Made by a program: the position numbers and the translations under genes. From contig CAXXSM010000035.1 of assembly GCA_963663405.2 (NCBI GenBank), positions 1-55,487 of the forward strand: DNA of 55,487 nucleotides, given 5' to 3'. Numbering within the stretch: the stretch's first letter is position 1; each line of letters starts with the position of its first letter. The stretch comes from a bacterium. GTDB lineage: Bacteria > Hinthialibacterota > Hinthialibacteria > Hinthialibacterales > Hinthialibacteraceae. The notes under the pieces are model-generated. The model was not told where the DNA came from and searched no databases. It saw only the letters and a list, made by a program, of their open reading frames with translations. Below, in pieces: positions 38,998 through 51,141 of this stretch.

Positions 38998-39960
38998 ATG
39001 ATGCCGGAGGATTATAACCGCAGAGGTTTTTTAAAGAAGACCGCCGCTGTGTCAGCGATCGCCGCGACTCATATCAGTTTGGAAGAACAAGCGTCATCAG
39101 CATCATTGAAGGAAGCCACCATCGATCCAATGCCGGAGGATACCATCAAGGGATTGCCTGTGGCGAAGATCGGTCATGTTAAGATCACGAGGCTTATCTG
39201 CGGCGGGAATCAAATCAACGGCTACGCCTACGGCCGAAACTTGATTTTCGTCGATGGTTTAATGAAGAATTACCTGACTGATGATAAAGTAATGGAGATT
39301 CTCGAGACGGCGGAGGAAAACGGGATCAATACTATCATTGCGAATGTAGGAAGCCAAAGTAAAGGAGATTCGAATTCCATCCGCCTTCTCAAAAAGTATT
39401 GGAACGAACGGGGCGGGACGATTCAATGGCTGGCGCAGTGTAATATATACGAAAATGAAGTGACGTCCTTCATCCAAAAAGCCATTGATAATGGCGCGAC
39501 GGGCGCGTTCGTGCAGGGCGGCTGCGGGGACACATGCGTCAAGAAAGGCCGCGTCGATCTCCTGGCTGAAGCGGTCGATTTTATCAAGAAAAATGGATTG
39601 ATCGCCGGTGTCGGGGGACATATGGTGGAAGTGCCTATGGCGCTGGAAAAAGAGAAAGTCGATGTGGATTTCTATTTCAAAACATTGAACAATGTCCATA
39701 CTCCAGAAGTTCCCACCTATTCGGTCACACCGCAAAAGACCATTGAATTTATGCAAAATGTGGCGAAACCTTGGATCGCGTATAAGGTCCTTGGCGCGGG
39801 AATCCTTCATCCACGAAAAGGCTTCCCATTCGCGTATGAAAATGGAGCGGATATCGTCGTCGCGGGCATGCTGGATTTTCAGATTCTTGAAAACGTAACC
39901 ATCGCCAAACGAATCCTCAATGATAAAAACCTTCCCCGGCGCCGCCCCTGGCGGGCTTAA
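38998..39960 (+). CDS. Tat-exported TIM-barrel protein, aldo/keto-reductase-like
   Basis: NRRGFLK; [10 protein letters not shown]; [12 protein letters not shown]. Confidence 0.7.
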   Translation: MMPEDYNRRGFLKKTAAVSAIAATHISLEEQASSASLKEATIDPMPEDTIKGLPVAKIGHVKITRLICGGNQINGYAYGRNLIFVDGLMKNYLTDDKVMEILETAEENGINTIIANVGSQSKGDSNSIRLLKKYWNERGGTIQWLAQCNIYENEVTSFIQKAIDNGATGAFVQGGCGDTCVKKGRVDLLAEAVDFIKKNGLIAGVGGHMVEVPMALEKEKVDVDFYFKTLNNVHTPEVPTYSVTPQKTIEFMQNVAKPWIAYKVLGAGILHPRKGFPFAYENGADIVVAGMLDFQILENVTIAKRILNDKNLPRRRPWRA

Positions 39961-39977
39961 TTTGCCTTCTTTGTTTG

Positions 39978-40058
39978 AATCACGGATTGCTCGGATGGTG
40001 GTGGATTGCACGGAAAATGATTTTTGGTCTTTGTGCTTTTTCTGCGAAATCTGTGGTT
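39978..40058. repeat. Imperfect palindromic element with periodic GGAT motifs
   Basis: AATCACGGATT ... AATCTGTGGTT ends. Confidence 0.45.
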
Positions 40059-40098
40059 TTAAATTTAGTTTATTTAATGGAAGAATGTCTATCCCGGT

Positions 40099-40775
40099 GT
40101 GGATTTCAACGTTCGTTACGTCCACGATATCCTGAAAGTCGATGTGATCCTTGATCAGAGTTTCCGGGATATCCCGCGCGCCAGCGTCTCGAATGGAGAA
40201 ATCTCCAGTGAAGTGTACTTGACCACTCGTTTTCCAATCCCCAACGTTTACATCACCAGCCAAGCCCGCCAGGCGGGTCAACCAAGAGATCTCTACGCGG
40301 AACCCATCGACATCAACGAACGGCTGGAATTCGTGAAGGGAGAGTAAGTCGTGCATGGATTGCGGTCGGTTGACGCGTATGCGCTTAATGCAGACGGTAC
40401 ATCATCGGTTGACTTTGAGAATAAAATCCGCACATCTTCGCACTGGATACTAAACGAAAATAGTACGGGGCAGGCTGATATTTCAATGTCAATCGATGAC
40501 CTGTTCAAGCAAACAGAAGGCCGGATCGTTTTCGATCCAAGCACAGTTTTTCAAGAAGGCGTTAATGGATACACTGGTTGTCAAGACTCATTTTTATATA
40601 TTAATGAAAATGAGACTCCCGACCGAACAGATTATAACTATGGCGCCAGTACGACGTTAGCGCTTTGGGCGGTTATATTACCTAATGGCACTCATCATTC
40701 CGAAACGCGGCCGATTATTCGCTTCAAAGATATGGACGCTGTCAGCGGATTAGGAAAGGGACTCATAATAACAGA
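40099..40775 (+). pseudogene. Fragment of a secreted protein with a DNRLRE-like domain and an in-frame stop
   Basis: ORFs 40099-40347 and 40351- are in one frame, separated by TAA; GYTGCQDSFL..NYGASTTL..RPIIRF; no signal peptide or start. Confidence 0.6.
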
Positions 40776-40779
40776 CGCT

Positions 40780-41130
40780 GCGCAGGAAATTAAATCTTTA
40801 TCTACCCGTCATTCTTCACGATCAAATGGTACAATAAATAGAGAACGATCAGAATTACGAAGGCTTTTAAATTGGGCGCTTCAGACAGGTATGATTAAAA
40901 AATCCATTCCAGGATTTTCGGCTTTTAAAAGAGGAAAACCACCGGGAAAGAATATTAACGGACGAGGAATTGAAGCGCCTTTTAGCAACGATTAAAAAAC
41001 AAGAGTTTTCAGATTTTCGTTTGATAGTTTTCATTATTTATTTCAGTTAACGAAATTTCTTTTTTCTCTGGTATGAAAATATCGAAATCCGACATATGAA
41101 ATATGGGAATAGAATTACAGGATAAAAAGC
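40780..41130 (+). pseudogene. Tyrosine integrase remnant
   Basis: SNGTINRERSELRRLLNWALQTGMI, then after a frameshift NPFQDFRLLKEENHRERILTDEELKRLL, then a degenerate box I-like stretch (GMK..). Confidence 0.75.
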
Positions 41131-41355
41131 ACTTATCAGCAAAAATAAGTGTTATGTATTTACATCGATGTTGCTGATGACAGTTATGGTCTTGACCGTG
41201 ATCCGCGAAAGGTTGAATGAATCAACGTGAACGAATGAGTCGACGACGAAGTGTTCCGCTAGATGACGCTCAAGCACACGATGAAAATTACATAGCTCTG
41301 TGCAAATGATCTATAAGTTCGACATACTCTAGGATGCACCTTTGGAGGCCACAAA

Positions 41356-44300
41356 ATGAGATTGTCGATTCGCTCGAAGATCGTCTTGTTTACGATTATG
41401 CCCATCCTTGGGATCTATTCAGGATTTATGTTTTTTAATGTGCTCAAGATACGGCAGTTCACTTCAGTCAATATGGAAAGGCGCTTGAGTGAGCTAGCGG
41501 GACATGGCGCACATCAGTTTAACAGTCATCTTCGCGAAGCCGCGCAGATTGCGACGATGGCAGCTGTCTTTGTTGAAAACAATCCGGATTTAACATCCGA
41601 TCAAATATACACTCAGCTTCAAAGCAATCTTGAGATGAATCCCCTTGTTTATGGTTCTGCGATATGCTTCGAGCCCTACCAATATGATTCGAATCAACGT
41701 TTGTTTGTACGCTACGTCTACAGAGATGGCGAAATACTGCAACGGGCGGATCCCTCAACCACAGGCTATGACTACACCGACGAAATACAAGAGTATTGGC
41801 ATGCGCCTAGGGATACAGGTACGGCTTTGTGGACGGCTCCATATTATGACAAAGGCGCTGGAGACATTCTTATGAGTACCTACTCCGTTCCTTTTTTCCG
41901 CAATGGAACATTCTGGGGAATCGCAACGGTCGATATCCCTCTTGAGCCATTGCGGGAATTGGTCAATATCCAAATGCCTGAAGATTTCGATTTCACTATC
42001 CTTACAAAAGACGGTGTCTATGTCTACAGCCCGCATCACGAGAGAATAAACAAATCGATCTTTGAGATTCTCAGTTTAAGCCCCGGAGAGGACCGGTTCG
42101 AACTCGCTGAGGCGCTTGCTTCTGGCCAGACTGGCATAGCGAAGGTAACCGGTTGGGTATCCAATGAGCGTGAGTGGATTGGCTACGCGCCTGTGGAATC
42201 TGCGCAATGGGGTTTTGCGGTCAGCATCCCCGAACGGACAGCCCTGTCGGCTGTTCAAGGTCAGATCCAACGTACTTTGTTTGTGTTGACGACCTCTCTG
42301 ATTCTGATCGTAGCGGGTCTCTGGTTTATTTCTGTTCGAATATCACACCCCATCACACGGCTCGTGGGAACAGTCACAGAGATTGCCACTGGAAACATTG
42401 ATGTGAGAGCCGAGAAGATAAGCTGCGATGAGATTGGTCTTTTGGCGGAGAGTTTCAATGAGATGACTGAACGTATCTCGCAACGAGAGAAGGCGCTGCG
42501 GGAGAGTGAACAACAATTCAGAACGGTTTTTGAAAATTCAGCAGTTGGAATGGTCTTAACAGGAATTGATGGTTCCTTATTGAAAGTGAATCGGGCTTTT
42601 TGTAAAATGCTTGGTTTTTCGGAGAGTGAGTTATGCGCATTAAATTTTGTTGATATTACACATCCCGATGATCTTCCAATCAGTAAAGAATGTGTTCGTT
42701 GTCTTCTTTCAGGTGAACGCAATACCTACTACATGGACAAGCGATATCTTAAAAAAGATGGTCAATATACGTGGACGATTGTGAGTACGATTCTTCATAA
42801 AGATATAAACAATAATCCCTTATACTTTATAACCCATATCCAGGACATCAGCGAACGCAGGCAAGCTGAAGAGGCATTGCGGGAGCGGGAGGAAATGATT
42901 CGAGCATTGATTGAAACATCCAAAGACTGGATCTGGGCAATCGATTTAGAGGGAATGCATACTTATTGTAATCACGCAGTGAAGGAGATTTTGGGTTACC
43001 GGCCGGATGAAATTGTTGGTTACAATAGTCTTGATTTGATTTTTGAAGATGATCGCAAGATGATCGAGCAAAAATTACCCAGATGGATTCAAATGAAAAC
43101 GGGCTGGAATACTCTTTTGATACGATGGAAGCACAAGGATGGAGGGATTCGGTATTTGGAAAGCAATGCTGTGCCAATTCTTTCCGCTGATCAGGAAATC
43201 AGCGGATTCCGGGGTGTTGACAGGGATATCACTGAGCGCAAGCGAACGGAGGAGGCGCTGCAAAAGAGCGAGCAACACTACAAAATCCTTGCGGATAATG
43301 TAACCGATGTTATTTGGACGGCTGATATGAATCTTCGGTATACCTATCTCAGCCCATCTATTAAATACTTAGTTGGTTTTACCGTTGATGAGCAAATATC
43401 AAAGACTGTCGAACAGATGATTACTCCAACATCTTACGACTTAGTCAGGAAAGTTTTTGCGGAAGAACTTGCCATAGAAGAAACCGAAAAAAAGGAACTG
43501 CACCGGACACGGACGCTGGAAATCGAGCAATTCTGTAAAGACGGCTCCACAATCTGGACTGAGAGCAAAATGACTTTCCTGCGTGACCAGAATGACAGGG
43601 CTGTGGGAATTTTGGGGGTCACACGCGACATCTCCGAGCGCAAGAGGGCGGATCTGAGATTACAGGAGCGCTTACGGCATGAGGAGTACCTTGCCCTTTG
43701 TTCGCGTGACCTGCTTGAAGGCGGGGAAGATCCGCTGACGAAGGCAATCGGGCGGTTGCTTACCGCCGCTAATGCGAGTCGTGTCTATATTTTTGAGAAT
43801 ATTGTAGATCCTGAGGATGGACTCTGCATGAGGCAGATCTACGAAGTAGTCACCGAGGAAGTTCCACCTGAAATCGACAATCCGATCCTCAAACACTTAC
43901 CTTACGAGAATGGTGGTTTCTCGCGTTGGTCTGAGACACTGGCCAGGGGGGAATACATCGGCGGCAACGTTAAAACCTTTCCTCAAGGAGAACGTGATAT
44001 TCTTGAACCGCAGGGCATTTTTTCGATCCTCATCCTCCCTATCGAAGTAAATGGGCAGTGGTATGGTTTCATCGGTTTCGACGAATTGCGTTCAAAGCGT
44101 GAGTGGGGTGTGGAGGATGTGCGGCTGTTGCGCATTGGCGCGGAACTGATTGGAAACTTCATCAGCCGTAAACGGGCGGAAATGGAAATCAGAACCAAGC
44201 ATGAGCAACTCCTTTCGATCTTTGACAGCATGGATGAAGTGATCTATATCGCCGATCCGAATACTTACGAACTGCTCTACGCGAACGAGGTATTCGTCAA

Positions 44301-45684
44301 GAACTGGGGCCCTTTTCTTGGACGGAAATGTTACTGTATGCTTCAGAATCGAGAGGCTCCCTGTCCCTTCTGCACGAACCATCTAATCTTTGGCGACCAG
44401 TTGGGCTCAACATACATCTGGGAGTTCCAGAATAAACGGACGCAACGTTGGTATCGTTGCATCGACCGCGCTATTCACTGGACAGACGAGCGCATGGTGC
44501 GCTTCGAGATGGCGATCGACATTAGTGACCAAAAGAGCGTGGAGGATGAATTATTGAAAGCCCGTAAACTGGAATCCATTGGAATCCTCGCGGGTGGAAT
44601 TGCGCACGATTTCAACAATCTTCTAATGGCGATCGTCGGGAATATATCGTTAGCAAAAACATTGTCCGATTCTCCGGAGGAAGTTTACGAGTATTTAAGT
44701 CAAGCGGAAAAAGCATCGAAACGAGCGCAACATTTGACTCAACAATTGCTTACTTTTTCAAAAGGTGGAGCCCCTGTCAAGGAAAATGCAAATGTTTTTG
44801 ACCTTGTAAAAGATACAGCGACATTTTCATTGCGCGGTTCGAATGTATCTTGCGTGTTTGATTTTCCAAAGGATCTCTGGCTCGCCAATATTGATAAAGG
44901 GCAGTTTAGTCAAGTAATCCAAAATCTGGTGATTAATGCGGATCAAGCGATGCCGAACGGTGGAACGATCGAAATAAAAGGGGAAAATATAACAATTTCA
45001 GATTGTGATCCCAAGGTCCAAAAGAGTATTCCAGAAGGAGACTATGTCAAACTCTCAATTAAAGACCAGGGGATAGGGATTTCTGAAGAGAATCTACAAA
45101 ATATTTTTGATCCCTATTTTACGACGAAGCAAAAAGGCAGTGGTTTGGGATTAGCCACAACCTATTCCATCATAAAAAATCACGAAGGAAGAATAACTGT
45201 TGAATCGCAAATCGGAGTCGGATCTACGTTCATTCTTTATCTTCCCGTTGCGACAAAAAAGAGCGCGCCCGTTCAAGAAACCATCCAAGAAATATACATA
45301 TCAAGTCAAGGCCGGATATTGATTATGGATGATGAAAAAATGATCCGTGATGTCGCAGGAATGATGCTTCAACAAATAGGCTATACAGTTGATTATGCCA
45401 AAGATGGATATGAAGCCATTGAAAAATATAAAAAGGCGCAGGAATCAGGGAATGGATTTAACGCGGTCATTATGGATTTGACGATCCCTGGCAGCTTGGG
45501 AGGGAAGGAAACCATACAAAAACTTTTAGAAATAGATTCGAATATCAAAGCCGTTGTTTCAAGTGGCTATTCAAATGATCCGATTATGGCGGATTATCAT
45601 AAATATGGATTTACTGGAGTGATCAGAAAACCATATAAAATTGGAGAATTGAGAAAAGTATTACATGATGCGATTGGCGAGTAA
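41356..45684 (+). CDS. Hybrid sensor histidine kinase (dCache, HAMP, three PAS, GAF, PAS, HisKA, HATPase, REC)
   Basis: Two TMs around WTAPYYD..STYSVP; DEIGLLAESFNEM HAMP; repeated DISERK PAC motifs; AHDFNNLL; GSGLGLA; ILIMDDE..MDLTIPG. Confidence 0.95.
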   Translation: MRLSIRSKIVLFTIMPILGIYSGFMFFNVLKIRQFTSVNMERRLSELAGHGAHQFNSHLREAAQIATMAAVFVENNPDLTSDQIYTQLQSNLEMNPLVYGSAICFEPYQYDSNQRLFVRYVYRDGEILQRADPSTTGYDYTDEIQEYWHAPRDTGTALWTAPYYDKGAGDILMSTYSVPFFRNGTFWGIATVDIPLEPLRELVNIQMPEDFDFTILTKDGVYVYSPHHERINKSIFEILSLSPGEDRFELAEALASGQTGIAKVTGWVSNEREWIGYAPVESAQWGFAVSIPERTALSAVQGQIQRTLFVLTTSLILIVAGLWFISVRISHPITRLVGTVTEIATGNIDVRAEKISCDEIGLLAESFNEMTERISQREKALRESEQQFRTVFENSAVGMVLTGIDGSLLKVNRAFCKMLGFSESELCALNFVDITHPDDLPISKECVRCLLSGERNTYYMDKRYLKKDGQYTWTIVSTILHKDINNNPLYFITHIQDISERRQAEEALREREEMIRALIETSKDWIWAIDLEGMHTYCNHAVKEILGYRPDEIVGYNSLDLIFEDDRKMIEQKLPRWIQMKTGWNTLLIRWKHKDGGIRYLESNAVPILSADQEISGFRGVDRDITERKRTEEALQKSEQHYKILADNVTDVIWTADMNLRYTYLSPSIKYLVGFTVDEQISKTVEQMITPTSYDLVRKVFAEELAIEETEKKELHRTRTLEIEQFCKDGSTIWTESKMTFLRDQNDRAVGILGVTRDISERKRADLRLQERLRHEEYLALCSRDLLEGGEDPLTKAIGRLLTAANASRVYIFENIVDPEDGLCMRQIYEVVTEEVPPEIDNPILKHLPYENGGFSRWSETLARGEYIGGNVKTFPQGERDILEPQGIFSILILPIEVNGQWYGFIGFDELRSKREWGVEDVRLLRIGAELIGNFISRKRAEMEIRTKHEQLLSIFDSMDEVIYIADPNTYELLYANEVFVKNWGPFLGRKCYCMLQNREAPCPFCTNHLIFGDQLGSTYIWEFQNKRTQRWYRCIDRAIHWTDERMVRFEMAIDISDQKSVEDELLKARKLESIGILAGGIAHDFNNLLMAIVGNISLAKTLSDSPEEVYEYLSQAEKASKRAQHLTQQLLTFSKGGAPVKENANVFDLVKDTATFSLRGSNVSCVFDFPKDLWLANIDKGQFSQVIQNLVINADQAMPNGGTIEIKGENITISDCDPKVQKSIPEGDYVKLSIKDQGIGISEENLQNIFDPYFTTKQKGSGLGLATTYSIIKNHEGRITVESQIGVGSTFILYLPVATKKSAPVQETIQEIYISSQGRILIMDDEKMIRDVAGMMLQQIGYTVDYAKDGYEAIEKYKKAQESGNGFNAVIMDLTIPGSLGGKETIQKLLEIDSNIKAVVSSGYSNDPIMADYHKYGFTGVIRKPYKIGELRKVLHDAIGE

Positions 45685-45702
45685 ATTGTCGAAACAGATT
45701 CT

Positions 45703-46070
45703 ATGGTTGTGAAATTCATTAACGAAGATCGTTATGGGAATTTATGGGCTGGCACATTGCGTCATGGATTGGCACGTATTGATGGTCAAAACGGCCAAGT
45801 TTCTCGGTATGTAAAAGATCAAAGCGATCAGTTCAATCTTCAAAGCAACAATATGATGGCGTTTTGTGAAGACTCATCCGGATTGTTATGGCTGGGAACG
45901 AATGGAGGTGGATTTTTTCAATTTCGAAATCCTGAAGAAACTATGTTCAATTATAGATATTCAGTTGTGGATTCCAATAGTTTGTACTCTCATTCGTTTA
46001 GCTGACGACGCGTTATATGAAGCGAAAGAAATAAGGACGAAACAGAATAATGTATGCAACTATATAGTTA
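45703..46070 (+). pseudogene. Internally deleted remnant of a two-component-regulator propeller / GGDEF protein
   Basis: EDRYGNLWAGT and EDSSGLLWLGT Reg_prop repeats, followed directly by ADDALYEAK..(GRNR in a shifted frame), the end of a GGDEF domain. Confidence 0.65.
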
Positions 46071-46205
46071 ATTTGATCTAGTCTAAATCCTCTATGCCCA
46101 CCATATCAGAACAGAGGTAGTTTATTCTCAACTTTCCCGCCGGTGGACGATGTGGAACTGAACCGCTCAAAGGGAAGGGTAACCGCGACTGACTGGTTGC
46201 CACTG

Positions 46206-47303
46206 TCACTTCGCCGTAATCGCCTCACCGAGTTTCTTGATAAACGTGTTGTATTCGGCGTCAGTGATCACGTTCTGATTTTGATCTAGACCGAGCCGGA
46301 CGAAAACCATGTTCCAGGACGGGATCACAAACAGGTCATTGTTGTTGTAGCCGCTTCGCTCATATGTATCCAATGGCGCGTCTGGCCAATGCCGTTTTCC
46401 GTTCGCCGTGACGCCGTTCGGCCACCAGTGGTAGCCATAAATGCCCGCACCCTGGCGTTGCTTACTCACGTTGGGGATCGTGTTCGGAACCTGCACGCGC
46501 GTAGCCTCGTCGACCCAATCGACACGGATCAGTTGACGACCGTTCCAATTGCCGCGATTCAGGTACAAAAGGCCGAACCGCGCCAAGTCTGCGGCGTTGA
46601 TGTTGACGCCGCCGCACCAATTCAAGACCTTACCCGTCTCGTCCTTGTCCCACTTGAACGACGCAATGCCAATGGGATCGAGAATTCGTCGTTTCAGATA
46701 TGTTTGCAGGGATTCGCCGGCGATCTGCGTCAGAGTGTAGCCATAATGCTGCATGGCTTCGTCCCAATACATGAATTTTGTACCGGGAACGAAGAACGGC
46801 GGCTCCGGCTTGACCAAGGCGTTCTGATCACCGCGGCCGTCTGCCTGGATGTCGTAACTGCCGCCGGCGCCGTCGATTCCGCTCGTCATTGTGGCCAGAT
46901 GACGCAGGGTGACAGCCGGATAGTATTCCGCCAGCGCCGGATCGTAATCCTTAGCCAGCGTGTCGAGCGTACACTTGCCATCCTCGATCAAGAGTCCCTG
47001 CGCCGTGCTGGTGAACGCCTTGCTGATCGACCAGACGCGCTGCGCCTCGCCGGCTTCCGGGCCTTGCCAGATCATTCGCCCGTTGCGGATAACGACCGCA
47101 CGCTTCACGCCGTTCTTGCCTCCAGCGGCACGCAAGTAATCGAGCGCCGCTTGGAGTTTTACAGCGTCGATCCCTTGCGACTCGGGCGTGGCTTGCTGCC
47201 ACGTATTGCTCGGAAAAACCGGATTCTTTTCCGCTCCACCGACCGGACAAATTGCTGCGGCAAGAAAGAACAAGAATATGGCAGACAATCGCGTGACCAT
47301 CAT
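46206..47303 (-). CDS. Secreted serine hydrolase, beta-lactamase (class C-like) family
   Basis: WSISK SxxK motif, TLRHLATMTSG, DLARFGLLYLNRGNWNGRQL. Confidence 0.9.
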   Translation of the reverse strand: MMVTRLSAIFLFFLAAAICPVGGAEKNPVFPSNTWQQATPESQGIDAVKLQAALDYLRAAGGKNGVKRAVVIRNGRMIWQGPEAGEAQRVWSISKAFTSTAQGLLIEDGKCTLDTLAKDYDPALAEYYPAVTLRHLATMTSGIDGAGGSYDIQADGRGDQNALVKPEPPFFVPGTKFMYWDEAMQHYGYTLTQIAGESLQTYLKRRILDPIGIASFKWDKDETGKVLNWCGGVNINAADLARFGLLYLNRGNWNGRQLIRVDWVDEATRVQVPNTIPNVSKQRQGAGIYGYHWWPNGVTANGKRHWPDAPLDTYERSGYNNNDLFVIPSWNMVFVRLGLDQNQNVITDAEYNTFIKKLGEAITAK

Positions 47304-47756
47304 CGCCTTCCTAGAGGAATCGAAGCAAGCAAAAAGAGCGGCCTGAACGAGCGCCGTTTACCGTGGGCAATCCTATGATTTCGGACACCCATTCTAATCC
47401 GTTTCGAACAGCGTTCCGGGGTATGCCGGACAAATTTTGGAGCGAAGCGACGCTCTGCCGCAATCGTAGCAACTTTCCCATTTCTCGTATAGCCGAACAC
47501 TTTTTCTCGATCGTAAGCCAGAGGGGATATCGTTAATTCATGGGCACATAACGCAAAGGGGATGCCTGATCGTGCGTTCTGAATATTGCCTATGTTATAG
47601 AATTTAAGATTTTCCAAAAGATGCAGGCGTAGACGAAGATCATGGAACAAACATGGGCCCGCTCTCCTTCGGCTTCTTTTATGAAAGCGGCCGGCCGGAG
47701 CGATTGATGAATATGACTCGATTCCAAATAGTCAGCCAAATACATCGATCGAATGG

Positions 47757-50700
47757 TTACTCATTATAGGAAACGGAAATCTCTAATTTTTCCGGTGTAT
47801 AGGGGATTTCCACCCATTCTTTTTCCGGATTAAAACGAGTATGCGAAACGCGGTTCACAAAACACGCGGAGATTCGTTTCCCTTCCGGATGGCGGAACCG
47901 GGCGCGGATGATTTTCGGTGGATTGCGGCGCGGTGGATCGATCGTCATCTGAATGCAATCGCCAAATGATTTCATCGTCATACTGGTTTTTCCGAAATAT
48001 GTGGATGAATTTTGAATGCCGATTTCCTGACCAGCCGTCAGCCAGTATCGGGGAATAGCGGCGCCGTACCAGATTTCATCGCCTCGCTCCTGCACGAACA
48101 TGAGCCGCAGCCAGTAGGTCGAGTTCGCCTCGTCGGACGATTTGAAGTGATCGCCCCGCCAGTCGCCGATGTTGGGCAAGGCGTGTTCGGTCATCATCCG
48201 CGTATCGGGAAAATAACTAACCGCGAATCCATTGAAATAAGCCCGTAAAAAATGTTCGGGTTCATCGCGGAGAATGTAGGGAATGGGATTATGCAAGAGA
48301 TTGGCTTGCATCGATATACCGCCCCGGCTGAACCAGTAGCGATCGAAATCCTTTCCCGTCAGATCGTATCCATACTGCTTGGATAAATACAGATTGTCTT
48401 CGAAATCCTGAATGATGCTCGTTGCCAGCAAACTATTGGGATCGATGGCTTCCGTCCGCACTAGATGAATGGCTCCTTCCAGCGTTTCGGTAATCCACCC
48501 GAAGGAGCGGCCGCGCCGGTGCGCGTCGGAGGGAACATGGGGAATCCAGCGATTGTCGCGAAGGCGGACGACAGGAGATCGGCGCATGGCCTCGATGAAG
48601 GCGGAGAGAATGTCCTGACGGTAAGTTTCCGCTTCGTCGAGCAGCCGCTTCCCATCCGGATCGCCGATGTCCGCCAGCGCGGCGGCGGCGTTCTTCATGC
48701 CCCACCAGCTGTACAGATTGGAGGAGAGCCAGCAGCGCCAATCGCCGATATCCTCCAGACTCCCCGGCGGAAGCAATCCGCTTTCTATGGCGCGCAGTTT
48801 GGAATTTTGGGCTTCCTCTTTAGCGCGTTGACGTTGACCGACGATCCAGTCACACCCGAGAACGATCTGCGGGGCGGCGTTTGCCAGCCATTCCCTGTCG
48901 CGCGTATACCAATAATGTTCGCCCATGCACCAGAGAATCCAGCCGTGGTGTTGATTGTATCCGCCCGCCTCGTAACCGCCCGCGCCGTAGAATTCACCCT
49001 CCGCCGTCGAATAATCGCCGGGCAGCGCGACCGTTCCCTGATACTTCAGCCACGTATTGATGGCCTGTTCCGCGCGTTTGTGCAACCCGCGTCTGTCCAG
49101 ATCGCTGATCATCATGCACGATTCATTGCTGTAGACGCCGTAGTGAAACGTGCCCACCTTGGCCATGTAGCAGTCACTGACGCCCACTTCTCGTTCGGTA
49201 TTGATTAACAAATGCGTTAGATGGGCGTTGTAGAAATCGTCGATCGCCGGTTCGGGCGTGTGGATGCGAGCGCTTTGATCGAGGCGGTCGCTCCAATACC
49301 GGTATACCGCTTCATACGCGCGGTCGAAATTCAACGAACTCAATTGCGCGATCTCCTTCTCTTCCGTCAGGGTTATGTAGGGAATGGCTAATTCGAGAAC
49401 CTTGGCGGATGTTCTCGGCGCAAGTTCCGTTGCATACTCCAAGGCGTCGTTCATCTCCTGCAACGGCGAGCCTTGTTCATCGTGGATGAAAAGAATGAGC
49501 ATCCGGGTTTTCGAGTCGCTTCCGTCAACAGCGGCGATTCGATCGTCTCTCATTCGAAGCGTTTCCCATTCACCGCCGTGCTCCGAAGAAAGGGCCAGCC
49601 GCGCCTTGGCAGGCGCCGTTCCGGTATTCCTGCATTCAATACGCATCATTAAAACAAGAGCATCGTCGGCCCAGATCCGTCCGCCCGCATTGGGGACGCC
49701 ATTGAGGGGAATGACAAAACAGGTTTGCGTGTAGGCGATCTGATTCTCTTCCCATCGGCTGACGACGACGGGCAAATATCCATCAACCAAGCAGCGATCT
49801 TTCAGGCGGCTCTGTGGAAAACCGAAATCGTATCGAATCTCTTCGCCGGGCCAGTTGCATTTCGCCGTATCTTTTCCGGGGATGCGCTGAATCCAATTTT
49901 TGATGCAGGTGACGCTCCCCCGTTCGTCAAGCCGAAAATGCTGCCGTCCTCCCTCGAAACTGAGGGGTATGTAATGCGGATCCTTCGGCGGCGTATCGTT
50001 CCACGCCTGGGTAAACGTTTGCTCGGACATGGTGTTGACGCGCGTGTATAAATCCGAATCCGAAGGTTTCGTATTTCGCCAGGCCCGCTCGGCTTCAGCG
50101 TATGTGGTTTTATCGCCGGAGAGTCGAACCAATACGCCGTAATCCGGGATAAAAATCGATCTCCATTTTAAAAGATCGTTAGCCGAAAACGAAAAGGTCT
50201 CTTGCCGCGCTCTTACAGTAATGATGGTTTCATCGAATGAGTTGAACGCCGGTGATTCCGCGTATAAAAAGGACACGTGAATCCCGGCGGTTTGATTCTG
50301 GACGCTGGACCGCCACGAGCGGTCTTCCTGGAGGGAAACTTGACCGCCGCTCGACAGCGGCGCGACGTTCTGCAGAAATCCGTTGAAAATCTCCAGCCGT
50401 CCGTCCCAGTTTTGTGTTTCCTCGGCGGTTCCGCCCCAGAAGATTTCCGCCTCCAGGGATTTCAGCATGGAATCGGTGAAAGCCTGCAGGGCGGCGATTT
50501 TGGGAAGTAGATTGTTCGAAACGATCCTCAGTTTCAGGGTCGTGCGGTAAGGCGCGGCGAAATCCTTCAGATCGGGAAACTCTTTTTGGTTCACGGGATT
50601 CATGGTAAAAACGATCGCGTTCCCCTGCCGGCTCGCTTGCGCGTCGGCGGTTCGCCATTTCCCCTGAAACCAATCGCCGATATCCAGCCAGCCTGAACTT

Positions 50701-51030
50701 CCCGCTCCCGACGCTTGATCGCGGGGAATCCGGCGTTCCGGCCATTGCGACTGCCAATATTGCAATTGGATAGAACTCGCGCCGGGGATCGATTCCCCAG
50801 GCGCAAACTCGACCACGACCCGAAAGATGTCACGGGGATCCTCCCAAAAAAACGCCGTAATCCTTTCCGTCTGTTTCCCATTGATGCAGTTCGCCGAAGG
50901 GAGCCGCATCGAGTTGGTTTTCCTTTTCGGATGAAAAACCATTGATGGAGAACGAAAGAATTAGGAAACCGGTCAACCAAAAAATTGACGCTAAAAAACC
51001 TATCGTTTGATTTCTTCGATCTTGACGCAT
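47757..51030 (-). CDS. Large secreted (alpha/alpha)6-barrel glycoside hydrolase-like protein; frameshifted near 50845
   Basis: The signal peptide (MRQDRRNQTIGFLASIFW..., ATG 51030 with a GGAG RBS) is in a different frame from the 1061-aa body; HHGWILW..EHYWYTRDREWL helical-barrel motifs. Confidence 0.7.
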
Positions 51031-51141
51031 TTTTTTCTCCAGAGTTACGATCACGTTATATACTGGATGAATGTTGTTGCCATCCCTATACCATTTATTT
51101 ATTCACAACGTCGTAAGGTTTGCAAGAGAGGAGTTCATTCC

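Noticed and set aside
39259-40356. 365-aa minus-strand ORF and other long shadow ORFs (e.g. 46389-47378, 48465-49208, 13890-14510)
   Set aside because: They are antisense to well-supported genes and have no recognisable motifs.
40351-40995. Genuine DNRLRE-integrase fusion protein
   Set aside because: It is better explained as two abutting pseudogene fragments, given the upstream in-frame stop and the frameshift within the integrase part.
47546-47600. attC-like site (ACATAAC...GTTATAG)
   Set aside because: Internal complementarity is weak, it does not directly follow a gene, and no IntI is present.
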